Origin: Calcarisporiella thermophila CBS 279.70
Taxonomy: Eukaryota > Fungi > Calcarisporiellomycota
Assembly (NCBI RefSeq): GCF_041956535.1
Contig: NW_027192197.1
Location: 321,829 to 385,828, forward strand
Direction: 5' to 3'
Length of the DNA: 64,000 bases
In this document: one piece after another, positions 33,332 through 48,392 of the stretch
How positions within the stretch are numbered: the stretch's first letter is position 1
Layout of the letters: each line of letters begins with the position of its first letter
Made by a program: the position numbers and the translations under genes
The notes under the pieces: model-generated
The model's database searches: none
What the model was told of the DNA's origin: nothing
Seen by the model: the letters and a program-made list of their open reading frames with translations, nothing else

Positions 33332-36300
33332 TTAAAAATAGAGACTGGCAGCAAAAACTATATCCCTCTTAATCATTCCCTGGGCTTCTTCCATTTTTTT
33401 AGCTAAAGTAGTGTCTCCGATCATTCGCGCGGCTCCACGCACTTCACGACAGGTCTCGTCAAGTCTCGTAATACAACGAACAATAGATCCCTCCAAAATG
33501 TCTGTCAAGTCGGTGATAAATTTAAATGGCTATACCACACATAAACGTTAAGCAACAGAATACATTTAAATATTTTAAATCGATTTACCATGCCCTTTGC
33601 CCATTCATGCACCACCTCCACTAATCCAAAGTTAAGCCCAAAAAGATTTTCTTCCCCATGAGCAAAAACACCACATTCCTGTTGTATTTGCGCACAGTGA
33701 GATGCAATTCTTAATATAATATCGCGACCTCGTTCAAGTTTAGGAGTAAGATTGGGAATACTGGGATTCTTCTCCTGAAATACAAAACAAGAAAGTAACG
33801 CCACTATCTCAGCAGGATCAAACTCTGCAAGTGTGTTTTCGAAAATCAGCTCGGTAAGGATCAGCTCATCGGCAGAATTGATCTATCATATTCAAAGATG
33901 GGTTTGAAACGATTAATTCAGCTAACTGCTGAATCAGCTTTGAAAAGGCTTTAGAAAAATTACCTCGCATGCTACTCGCCCCTTGAGTTGAACCGTGTCA
34001 TTTGCGTCAACAAACTGGAGTCGTCTTAAGACCTCCACTCGTTGCTCGTAATCTGGTAGCAATTCAAGATTCTGGTCCGATAGGGAATGACGTAGATCAT
34101 CTATCCGCTGTTTGAGCAAACGCTCGCCATGAACTAAAAAATACTAGAGAATCGGCCGCAATCGATTAGTAAAAGTCATGTTCTTATCACATATTTGCGA
34201 TGCAAAGACTTACGTGTTCATCAAAATCAGAGCACTCTGTACACGAAAAACCAATGGTTTTTTTCATAAGTGACTCTTTCTCCTTTAAGCATTCCTGGAA
34301 ATTAAGCTGGCGTATCTTGGACCAATCTGTTTCTTGCAGATCTGAAATATACGATACAATATAAATATTGAAGCTATATAGATTAATATTTCTTCCTACT
34401 TTGCTCAACATTCTTAGCGTGTTCATAAAGCTCTTGCTGAACTCGAAGCATTTCCTCGGTATCAGATCTTTCAAGAATTACCTCTGCGTCAAGCTGTGCT
34501 CAAAATGAATATGGTCATTAATTAAGCAAATTGATAGTGTTAATAATACGAATATTCCTTACCCGAAATGAATATTTTGTTACAGCAACAATACTTGTAT
34601 ACGAGACACAGATAATTTCATACCCCACTAAAATAGATTCTGGCACAAATATATAATTGGGAGGAAATGGTAGCGCAACATCGTTTGCATTGTGGTCTGT
34701 AGAGCAAATAATATAAGAGTATATGTAAAATCGTTGAAATAAATCAGTGAAGATAATTATAATGAGTACTTTTAAGTTTGCTTTTATCTATTAGCACCAT
34801 GCAATAAAATGCTTTTTCATTCCTCCAAGAGTCGGAAGAGTCCGTACTTTTTTCAAGTTCGGCAGCCATAGCAGATTTCAATATTACAGCAACACAATTA
34901 CGATGTATCTAAATTTATATATATAACTGGATGTCAATATGATAACTTAAATTTTTTGAATAATATTTAAAAATAAAAAACTCACCGAGTTATTAATGAC
35001 AACTATCCTTCCCGCAGAAAGCGCTTTTACTCCGTGAGTTGTGTTAATTATTGTGTGCATGAGACTGCTTTGGAGAGCCGTGATACGCGAGGCAATGTCA
35101 TAAAACTTGTATATATCTTCTTTGCACACAGCGCAATTCACTTTTGGCAGTGCATTAAGTGATAACTCATTCTAAAAATATTTCGCGGGTGTAATAATGC
35201 ACTACGAGTAGGGTATCAGATAATAATCTTACCTCGCTAATCAATTTTTGATGCTCCGGGAGCATACGCTGACTTGCATTTTCAGAAAAACTGCGCTTAA
35301 TCATCTCTTCTACTCTTAATGCTTCAACTCGTAACAAATTAAGGATCATATTGTAGGTAAGTCGAAACTGGGATTCCAATTTGGTTGGAGTACCAAGTAA
35401 CATCTTTGTAAGTGTCAGGCTCTTTTGAGTGTAGAAAATTCCGTGAATTCTTAGATTGGATTAAAGAATAATATAAATAAAACTTACATCAGGTGGAGAT
35501 TCACCCGAGCAGGCAATAATAACCACGCCAGTAGCATCAAGGCCGCGTCGACCGGCACGGCCAGACATCTGAGTATACTCTCCAGGTAATAGATCGCGAA
35601 AACTTCGACCATCATGTTTGCGTATTCCAGAGAAAACAACAGTACGAGCTGGCATATTTACCCCCTATGAAATATGAACATTTATATATATAGACTTCAT
35701 CTCGATTTATAATATATCGAAAAACAATTTTACCATTGCAAATGTTTCTGTTGCAAAAAGAACTTTGACAAGTCCCCTTGCAAATAAAATCTCAACAATC
35801 TAAAAGCCAAACAGTGAGCCCACAAGAATTGATATACACCCGACCTAACTAAATCACCTCTTTAATAATGGGTAGCAAACCACCATGATGCACTGCAATT
35901 CCTCGACCTAACAACTCCCTCATTCTTATTACTTGAGGAAGCTCCTTATCGGAACCTATGAGATATAAATCTCAATGTAATAATAATACAAGATTGAAGC
36001 TATTTATAGAGTATACCTTTCAATTTAGATAAGCTCCTCTCGATAAATACATGGATTTCGCTTTTTTCCAATCGTGTACACAGATCAACATTGTTTAAAC
36101 ATCCAGCATATTCTTCACATTTACGTTTTGAGAAAGTAAATATAATAACTGGAAGTAACTCCTTTTTTCTAAGGAAACCAGTCAAATGAATCCACAAATT
36201 GCGATCCTAAATATAAATAAATTATAAATAAATATGTCCTTTCGTAGTGAGAAAGATAATAGAAAATGAAACTAATACCTGTTTCTCCATCGTCTTATGA

Positions 36301-38831
36301 TGGCTTGTATGCCCACCGATTCCTCCTGTGCGGACTCCAGGGCGCGCCCCATGTGTATTTATCAGTTTAAGTTCTTTTTCTCGTTTGGATAAGGCATCGT
36401 TCGCCTGCTTCCATCTGTAGAAGAAACATTAATTTTTAATACTATACCAAGAAAAATCATAATATTACCCAAGGGTAAGGAACTGTTTCTTTGCATCAAC
36501 AATTTTAAACAGTTGTTTATCTGCATAAAGAAAATGTTCAAGTGGTACAGGGCGTTTGGGTGTACTAATGACATAAATGTCTTTCTTCTTCGTTCGACTG
36601 AATAGACAATATAAATTATTAAATATATCAATCATTTTCATCAAAATAGATGATTACCCGACCCAATCCGCAAATTCTTTGGTATTCGGTACAGTTGCAG
36701 AGAGTAAAATGAGATTAACATGGGCAGGAAGCATGATAATGACTTCTTCCCAAACCACTCCTCGCTAATTTTGAAGAAAATGCTCGTTGAAAAATTCACC
36801 AATATAAATTCATATGATATTTCCATACCTCGAGATCATTCACATAATGGACTTCGTCGAATATAACAAATTCAACATCACGGATCAAATCTGCTCCTTT
36901 GTACAGCATACTGCGCAGAATTTCTGTTGTCATAATTAGACAAGATGCTTCTGGATTAATTTGGATATCTCCGGTGAGAATCCCTACATCATCAAAGGTG
37001 TTTTTGAAATCACGGAACTTTTGATTAGATAACGCCTTAATTGGCGAGGTATAAATTGCTCTAAAAATAGTTCAATCCTTATAAACGTTATGATTTCTAA
37101 ATACCATAAAAACTTGCGAATTATACTTAGTCATATGCTTCATCGCTAGTGATATAGCATATTCTGCCACGACGGTTTTTCCAGCAGAAGTGTGGGCGGC
37201 TACAAAGACAGAATCGCCATTTTCAAGATGATACACGGCTTGCTTTTGAAATATGTCGAGTTCAAACGGATACTAATGATGAAAAATAATCAAATATAAA
37301 TCAGAGTGAAGTATAGATAGTTTCATCATGCCTGNNNNNNNNNNNNNNNNNNNNNNNNNNNNNNNNNNNNNNNNNNNNNNNNNNNNNNNNNNNNNNNNNN
37401 NNNNNNNNNNNNNNNNNNNNNNNNNNNNNNNNNNNNNNNNNNNNNNNNNNNNNNNNNNNNNNNNNNNNNNNNNNNNNNNNNNNNNNNNNNNNNNNNNNNN
37501 NNNNNNNNNNNNNNNNNNNNNNNNNNNNGCCATTCCGGAACTAGTTCATGAAAGTTCTCCATCTTATCATTGAGATCTACCATGTGTGCCCATTCACGTT
37601 TTTTATTTGCAGAAACGGATTTTTTATCTAATGTTGGGTGTTTTGAAGACTATTATATAATATGAGAGAAAATATCTCATTGCAGTTAATATTATCAACA
37701 GAAGTTATATAAAAGATTTACCTTTGCCACGACTTCATTAGATTTCTCTTCTGTAGGTTCTTCTCTTTTGATGGGCTAATAATATGAAATATATAAAAGA
37801 AAATTGCTTGAAGGTTTGGATTCATATATATAATCGATGGCATAGATATGCTTTACCCTACTGACGAGATTTAACAATTTCGTAATGTCGAAGTGGACAC
37901 TTGGTTCGATTGGAAGAGATTCCTCCTTTCTTAAAGCTCGACCGATTGACAAATTATCATCTGGAGAAGAACAAGTGAAGGATTAAAGTCAATATGTATA
38001 TGAATGGGGCCATCGAATAGAGAATCTACTTGAAATATCTAGGCCTCTTTCAAATCCTGGCGGGATAGTTGATAAATTCTCTGAAAAAAGTGAGTCCAAA
38101 AGGTAAGTAATTATGTAAATATAAGTAGCATATATGTTAAAAACCTTCAGAGAAATGCATCGCATTAATTGGAAGCGGCAGATCTAGACCCTCTGCATAT
38201 ATGCCACTGTCAAGCCCGCCTATATTACCGAAATTAATAAAAAAATTGGTATAGATGCTATAAAAAGAAAATCCTATCATATATTCACCAGGAGCAAACG
38301 GAACATAGCCTGATTTTCCGCGAACAAAGTTAACGCTTTCACCTGGATCCCGTTGCAAAGACGTTGAGTTTTTCGCTGTTCGATTGGTTTCTTGTAGTGG
38401 TTTCTACATTTGAATAAATGGATTAGAGAATGCATTTTTGGGGGACATATCTTGAGAGAAAATCTACCTCCAGAAAACCGATAATATTGCCATCTTTTCT
38501 GGATCTCACAAAATTCAAAATTGTTTGACAGTTGGTAACAGTGGAATACAACAGCCTAGAATATTCGGGCTCTCTTTCCCAATAGCTTGGTTTTTTTAAA
38601 AAATATATATATTCAAATTAAATTTTCAACATATTAACGAGAATAGGGCTTAAGTCTTACTGTTGACAATTTGAGAGCCAAGGTAATGTAGCTCTAGGAG
38701 TCAAAATTTCCCGTTCCAGTTCGGATCGGATCTCCTCATTATCTAGAGTTCCTGTTAAATTTGCTGGAGTCTATGATAGTCTATGAGAACATGTTTGGAA
38801 AATTAACTTAAATTTAAAAATCTACCTCCAT
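33332..38831 (-). CDS. SKI2: Ski2 DExH RNA helicase (SKI complex), spanning an assembly gap
   Basis: [109 protein letters not shown]. Confidence 0.95.
37335..37528. other. Assembly gap (194 N)
   Basis: Run of n inside SKI2. Confidence 0.99.
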
Positions 38832-39651
38832 TACGGTTTATTCTAATGAATAAAAAAGTCAATGTTAATATATTGAAACGCGTTTAATCCAAATCGCTGA
38901 ATCGTTTAAGAGTCATATGGGACTGATTATGAAGTTATATTTAGTCAACTACAGTCAACTGTTTCCGATCTCTACAGAAAAAATAATTTTTAACCCCTTT
39001 TCAAATTTTATAACCAACAATGAACTCGATTACATTTTAGGCGGGTTTCTATATAAAATCTGAATGTAGAAACTTATCGATTTGATTGGACAAAACAATT
39101 GTTACTGTTTCCTCTCTCGATCCCCTTTCTGAAATGTTCTTTACCGTCAACCTTCAAGAAACCAGAATTCTGCTCCGATTGCTATCCTTGTATCAAATCT
39201 TCCCATATGCACTGAGCACTTAATAGTAATTATTTCTGAGTGTTGGATCGATGCGCGAAAACTAGGCTAATCAAACCTGCAAGCTGAGGTTGCATATAGA
39301 AAGGAAGCTTGCAATTTCCCGTACTTTATTACCCAGCTTGTATGAAAAAAGCAATAAATAGATGGCCAATTAAAATACGCTTAAATATTTAAGGAAGTAG
39401 CTTGCCCCTTGTTTGCAATTATTTATAACATGCTACGCAAGTGCACTAAATGAATGGGGATTATTCTTTTCATTAAATGGGTATCATTTGACGACTTGTT
39501 CAATCTAAAATTTTACATATGTATATATACATATGTAGTGGCGATTTCGTTTAGATATGCGATTGGTGATGTCATTGATTTCAGCAAAATTTAATGAGAT
39601 TTTTTTGCTTGAGAGAAACGATTATCCAGGTTGATCAAAAGTAGGCCCCCA

Positions 39652-41638
<1,987 letters not shown>

Positions 41639-41981
41639 TTTACACTTAAGCAAAGAATGTTTATTCATATTTGATTTTGAATTAAATAAATGATTATGAT
41701 AACCAAAACCTTGAAAAATATCTGATAAATGCTTTTTTAACTTGGATTTTAATTGATGAATATGATATCCGTTATTCATCAATCTTTATGATATTCGAAA
41801 TATATTTTTGAAATTTGAAAATTATTTCATCCAATAAAATATTTAAAATCAAAATTTAAATTTTTCGAAATTTTGAATTAATTCTATTTTTCTTAATTTT
41901 ATATGAATTGATTTTTCCTTTTTCTTCCAATAAATATTCTTTAAATTCGATTATTAATGGTTTTATACGGTTTTCACATTC

Positions 41982-43999
41982 ATGAATTATTTTACGCGAC
42001 TTGAGCTTGGAGCGACATCTCTTCGACCTACTTTATTGCCTGAGGAGAATGTAATTATTATACAAGATAAGGTCGGGTTATATGACGGGTAAATTCCTTT
42101 GAAGTTTTCTCTATATGTCACAAATTATTAAGATGATCTTTAGGAATGTTAAATCTACACTACATAACGAGGGAACAGTATACTTGACTTCATTACGAAT
42201 TCTCTACGTGGACAGCACAGATCCGCAATCTAACTCAGTTGCTGTACTGCTTCAAACAATTGGAGCAATTGAATCCTATGTAAGTAAGAGTTTAAAATAA
42301 TTATAAATATTTTATGCCTTATTCACAATATATTTTATTCTTTATAGTCAGGTTTACTGAGATCATCACCAAAAATTACCTTGAGATTTTTTAAACATCC
42401 TACTCGAAATAGCACTAGCAATATTGAATTCATCGCAAATTCCGGACTTCCTTCTTTACCATGGGAGTGTCATATTTGCCATTGCGAGAATTCTGCTACT
42501 GCGTCAAAGTGTCAGCTATGTGGTGTTGCGAAATCTAATTCTCTTCCAACATCATCTGGTCGTTCCACGGATGTTAATGGTCCACTAGGAAATATTCCTG
42601 ATGGTGAATTACTTCTTGCCTGCCCCGCTTGTACTTTCCTCAATCATCCAGAATTATTTAGTTGCGAAATATGTGAGACTGAAATTAAACCTGAGAAAAA
42701 ACAAGTTGACGATGACTATGAGATGATATCACGATCATCGCCACCGACTGATGTATCTTTAGACAGTAAATATGTAAAGCTTGCGTTTCGCGGAGGTGGC
42801 TTTGGGGCATTTTTGGGAGGACTTAAATCTGCGCTAGTATCAAAAGCCTGGAATGTGAGTTATTATATTGTTTTCTATTTTTCTCAGTGAATTTTATATT
42901 ATAATCTTACTCTGTCAATAGAGACCGCGTGAAAAGGATGCACAGAAGTCTTCTCAGGAGTTTGCACCTGCATTAGGGGGAATAAGTAACTATAGTTCTA
43001 CTATAAGTTTAACAGCTTCCATTTTTTTAATTATTGCTTTTATTTTAAGGTGGGATCTTGCAAAGCGTAAAGCAAACACATCAAGAGAGGGACGAGAGCT
43101 TGACACAAGCATTTCAAGACCTCGATGCCTTAATGCGAAAAGCTGCTGATATGGTAGGTTGTTAGATATCAAATAATTTTATTTTTTTTAAAAAACTAGA
43201 TTGTCACTAGGTGAAACTTGCGGAGTCAATTACTTCAAAACTCAACAAAGAACCTTTTGATACTCTTGAGGTTGAAGCATCATCTTTTCGCACCTATCTC
43301 TTGGAACTTGGCGTCTCAAATCCCATTACTAAGTAAGAATGGCTAGTTATTTCGCGAAAATATACTAAATTTAAAACCATCTTTTTCTTTCACGCAGAGA
43401 TTCAGCTGGAGCAGCTTATCACAGGGAGTTATCAAAAGAACTTGCCGAATTTTTGTCGGTCGTGTTGGAACGTGAAGGTGGAATGAAATCTTTAACCGAT
43501 ATTTATTGTATTTTTAATCGAGCTCGTGGTGTTGGTAAGATTTCGACAGCTTAATTAGTTTAACTTCTATTGACTCATAATTCTACCATTATCAAGCACT
43601 AATATCTCCAGATGATCTTTACAAAGCCTGTCAGCTTTTCGAGATTCTTAGACTTCCCATGCGATTGCGTAAGTTTAGTAGCGGCCTACTAGTAGTTCAA
43701 TCGCTGAATCATAGCGATGAACGTACTATTGAACGTATTTTAGTTAATATCGAAGCATATGGCACTTTAACAGCTATCAGATTTGCCGAAATTGACAATT
43801 TACCATTAGCTATCGCCACTGAGCAGTTATTGGTAAATGATGTTGAAAAACGCTTTTTATTGGTCTCTAGTAACACTTTCAACTTTCTCTATAGATGGCT
43901 GAGCAAAGTGGTATTATCTGCAGAGATGCAACAGTGGCTGGATTGACATTTTACAAAAATATCATTAATGAGTGCAAATTGGAGTTGAACCATTTTTAA
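41982..43999 (+). CDS. VPS36: ESCRT-II subunit Vps36 (GLUE domain with two NZF zinc fingers)
   Basis: [32 protein letters not shown]...[14 protein letters not shown]...[37 protein letters not shown]. Confidence 0.93.
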
Positions 44000-44125
44000 A
44001 ATAAAATTTATTGCTAATACTCTTTATTAACACAGCAATGAAAAGATATCAAGCGTATTAAGTTATTATGTAAAATGCGAATAAAAAGGCACATACACTT
44101 TTTAGAGGACCATTTGTAGCAAATA

Positions 44126-44783
44126 TTATTCATTCTCGTTGTCAGTAGTACCACCAGTAGGAAAATGCGTGGAGGCAGGTTCTTGCGAGTACATAAATGA
44201 TTGCTGTGTTGTCTTTTTCACTTCTGCCAAATCAGTGGGCGTTGATCGCTGTGCGGTCATTTCCCTCTCTAGTAGATAGTTGCCAAGAAATGTAAGAGGG
44301 TTTGCGGGTCTAAGGATAAATGAATATTATATCATTACAGTTAAGCATTAATTATGAAAACTGTGCTAATTTTTATATTGAGTTTAGAACACATTATTAC
44401 CTCTGTGCAACTAATGCTTTAAGTCCATCTAGAAGAGCAGGTACAACTGTCGTATCCAGATAAGATCGGGCAGGAGTAACACTGCGGAGCTCTTGCTTGT
44501 TAGCTTGTAATATCGTATCTTTGAGTTCCTCAATGCCTTGTGCTTCCGTATCATCTCGTGATGATTTAGGGCTGTTTATCTCAAAGTCTTCGTGTTCGAT
44601 AGTTGATAATGTATCAGGAGCTAGATAAAGCTCTGGAGACTGACGGACTTGAGGCATCTCGTCGTAAAATGGACTGCGTGGTTTTGAAGAAGTGTCTAAT
44701 TCCTCATTAATAATTTCTGTGTTAAATACTTGCGTAGCCTTACGAGAATTGCTCTCATGATTTAATACATTAGAATTTTCCAT
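44126..44783 (-). CDS. DPY30: Dpy-30 domain protein (COMPASS Sdc1/DPY30-like)
   Basis: PARSYLDTTVVPALLDGLKALVAQR|PANPLTFLGNYLL. Two exons. Confidence 0.85.
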
Positions 44784-45108
44784 TTATTCAGATTGAAAGG
44801 TATTTTTTTAGCAAATTTGGAATATTCGAACTTGAATTTTCATTGGGCATAACAACATAAAGATTTGTATGTATTCTTGAAATACCAGAATTAACTACTA
44901 GCGTAGATAAGCAATATGGGTTGTCAACCTATATCCCATACTGCTTTAAAAAATCCTAGTGTATTGTGGCATGAATTAAATAGATAATATATAATCCTGT
45001 AGATACAAGGATGTTACCTATTCGCTTTCACTCTCGTGTACTATTTTTGACACTTTTTATTTAAAAAGTCACAATTAAGCACATACATATAATTTAATCT
45101 TCGATATA

Positions 45109-46390
45109 ATGGATACAAAAAGAAATGCTTTTCTTACTGCACTTCCATCACAATACCGTACACCACCGCCGCCGCCATCAACTGCTTCCGTAAACTCTCA
45201 CTATTCGTCATCAAATACTAATAATGCAGAAAGTGTATATCCAATATGAATATATATTTTTATTGTCAATCAAAAATAGTTATTAATTTCTTCATTGATA
45301 GACAAACAAACATTATCCAGTAACAATAATACCAGATTGCTCTCAAGACGTGGTGGCTCAACTAATCGACCTAGGGGCAATTTCTCAAGACGAGATAAAC
45401 AGCAAGAACATGCGTATATATTGCCAAAACTAGACACACCCGAAGAAATCGCGAAATGGATAGAAGAACGTAAAAAAAACTGGCCGACAGAAGAACGAAT
45501 TGAGCAAAAGGTTCTTCTTAGCTTAGATCGTTCTCTTAGTTTAATAATTCTAAAAAATTTTTATTTATTAAGAAAAAAGATGAAACAGAGAGAATAGCTA
45601 GAGGAGAGATAGTCGAATCACGAAAGAGGAGACGGAATCAATCTTATAACGAAAAGAATCAGAACGTAAAGAAAAATAAGACGTTGAACAGCGAGAACAC
45701 CGAGTGGGTCCAGTATGAACTTCACAATCAAAATGGAGAGAAGAGAAAAGATAACGAATCAGCCCCTGATAAGAATTCTGATAATGCTAATGTATACATA
45801 GGTTATTGAATAATTTATTTATTAGAATTAAATATTTATCTATTTTATCTTATAGCCGAACTCTATTTTTAAACGAAGAAACGAAGGTGATGAGATTACG
45901 GGAGAAGAACAGGACGATGAGAATGAAGATATGGATCCTGTGCGAGATGCGATATCATCTAAAGATCCTGTGAGCATCGGCGGAATTGAAGGTGGAGAGA
46001 ACAGTGGGATAAAGCCGCGGAAACTCCTTCCATGCAAATATTTTCTAAGAGGACATTGTACACGTGGATCTTCTTGCTCATTTCTACACGATTCAAATGT
46101 AAATATATAATATTAGATATTTATCAGTGTATACTAAATTTATGGTTTGAATAGCTGCGGAAGCGTTATGAAGCAAACAAATCTCAAGAAAAGTTTAGAG
46201 AGCGCCCAAGTTTGCTTACCATGGTTAGTTAAAAACACCCTTTTCTTAAATCGCAACATTAACTATACCTAAGTTCTTACCTTAGCTTTTATCCAAGGAG
46301 ATTAAGGAAGAGAAAAGTATTTTACTTCAATGTCTACACTATATCGTTAAAAAAGAGTTTTTTGGAAACCATAAAAACATTGCTAAATAA
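45109..46390 (+). CDS. NUFIP1: NUFIP1/Rsa1-like snoRNP assembly factor with CCCH zinc finger
   Basis: LDTPEEIAKWIEERKKNWPT (NUFIP1 PEP motif), CKYFLRGHCTRGSSCSFLH, RPSLLTMLL, ILLQCLHYIVKKEFF. Confidence 0.85.
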
Positions 46391-47202
46391 ATGCATTAAT
46401 TAATGTGACCCTCTGATGAATCTAAAATCTATCATAAAACGATTACGACAGTGCAATTATTTTATTATTATAAATGTCTTAATTCTAATATTAAAAATAA
46501 TCTCTGAATATAAGTAGGTGGTGAAAAAGATTGCGAATAAAAAATGACAATCAATTGATGACTTTATAGAGACATAATTCACACAACGTACTAATACACT
46601 CGAATGCGGCAGGATGATTAGAGAGTATGGCATGAAATTATTCATTCAAGTATGCCTTTTTACTCAGATTTTGTTATATTTTTACTCAACAATATCTCTA
46701 AACCACTCAACCAGTAAAATCATATTTTCCTATATGTGAAACAAGCCTGCCTCGACTCATAAGCCCCAGAGAAAATAAGAGAGCCTTTTTTCCAAGTATG
46801 AGATAATCCCGAGAATTATTCCTCCACTAAGTCAATGGCTATAGTCCTTCTCCACTCGTTTTTGGGCATCGCGCTATTTTGGGTGGGTTTAGTACCAATG
46901 TACAAATAAAACCTGATATCTCTAGTGAATATAGTCAGTCGAGCGGTGGATAATACCGGACTATATAACAATATAGTAGATATATACAATTCTCACTAGA
47001 ATGATGTTATAGCCTAAAGACTTAAATATGACCTTTAAACGCAGTATATTCAGTAAATAGTCTAAAAAGTTTTCTAATTTCATTTCGTCCCAGACTACAG
47101 CCAAATTCTCGTAACAGAAAATATCTAGACAGGATGCGAAATGCCAATAAACATTTTACAAAAAAGAAAAGCCGAATTGTTTTTTATTTTCAAATACGTT
47201 AT

Positions 47203-47760
47203 CTACTTTGCCTCAGTGCTATTTAACTGAGCGTATTCTATAATTTGGTCTATTCCATTGAGTATATCATTTTTATATTCACCGACAAGTTGATCTGCTC
47301 CCTTGAGGCTTAGACTGCCTATATGAATACCGGGCATTGTATCAACTGGTTTCATCCCTATTCCCTCGAGAACTTGTCGAAGTTGGGCCGCTGCTTTGCC
47401 GCCTCCCTGATAGGCATAGCTTATGATCATAGCTGGTTTGTTGTTCCACTCCGAATATAAGTAATCGATCGCATTTTTAATGGACGCTGGATATCCCCAA
47501 TTGTATTGTGGAGTCACAAAGATAAATGCATCTTTAGAGGATATTTTCTTGCTCCAACGTTTAGTCAAATCATACACGTAGACACCATTCGAAGGTAAGT
47601 CCGGCTCATTGAAAATTGGCAGATTCCACTCTAGTAGATCGATAACCTCGTAATCTAATCCGTGATAAGGGGTTATCAGGTTGTAAATCGCGTTAGCAAT
47701 TTCTCTGCCCACCCTAGTTGGTCTGGTGCTGCCAACGATGATGCCTACACGATATGTCAT
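47203..47760 (-). CDS. NADPH-dependent FMN reductase / quinone reductase (flavodoxin-like, Lot6/SsuE superfamily), intronless
   Basis: MTYRVGIIVGSTRPTRVG, DAFIFVTPQYNWGYPASIKNAIDYLYSEWNNKPA, GGGKAAAQLRQVL. Single exon from ATG 47760. Confidence 0.92.
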   Translation of the reverse strand: MTYRVGIIVGSTRPTRVGREIANAIYNLITPYHGLDYEVIDLLEWNLPIFNEPDLPSNGVYVYDLTKRWSKKISSKDAFIFVTPQYNWGYPASIKNAIDYLYSEWNNKPAMIISYAYQGGGKAAAQLRQVLEGIGMKPVDTMPGIHIGSLSLKGADQLVGEYKNDILNGIDQIIEYAQLNSTEAK

Positions 47761-48392
47761 TTTTATTTTTATAAACTTCACGAATCTGATTAAAAAGTAC
47801 TCGCATCGCAATTTATAGCTACGATATTTTCGTTTTAATACTTTAAATTAGTAATAATATTATTAAGCTAAATATAATCTAAGAACTTATTAAGTGCGAC
47901 ATCATAAAACGATGTCACACTCAGTAAACCTTAAGCTTAATTTTGTACTCATTTTACAGGAATATTTGCAACACAATTAATAATAATTTTTGAATATTAT
48001 TCATGGATGCTGCGTTAGATTTTAGGTGTATCGCAAATTCGATGATATCTCTGAGAAAGATGTGATAAGATCATCTCTGAGCAAATGAAATCTGTGATGA
48101 AATGATATTGAATTATCATTATACTTGCTATATGGTGAAAGATATTGGCTCCGCTCAAGCTATTGCTCGTAAGTTATTTCCTTCGATTTGAGTTTTTCAG
48201 AGACTACATTCCCTGAGCGAGGATTTCCCAGTGTTTGTAGAATAGAATACAGCTGCAACATTTTGTTAAAAGGATAAAAATATTGCGTTTATCAAGTAGA
48301 AATTCGATAATTTGGCCAAATCTGAAAATCAGCCACCCTAGGACGCGCTTATTATTAACATCGTGTATGTAGATATTTTAACTATATTCGAT

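Noticed and set aside
37320-37545. Apparent frameshift (VPEW instead of VPEM) and X-filled ORFs in SKI2
   Set aside because: It lies at a contig edge beside the N gap. Only a few codons appear to be missing, so the gap size is probably overestimated and this is an artefact.
46690-46795. AAAAAAGGCTCTC on the minus strand resembling the U11 snRNA 5' end
   Set aside because: No Sm site at the expected distance and no supportable secondary structure; a cmsearch would be needed.
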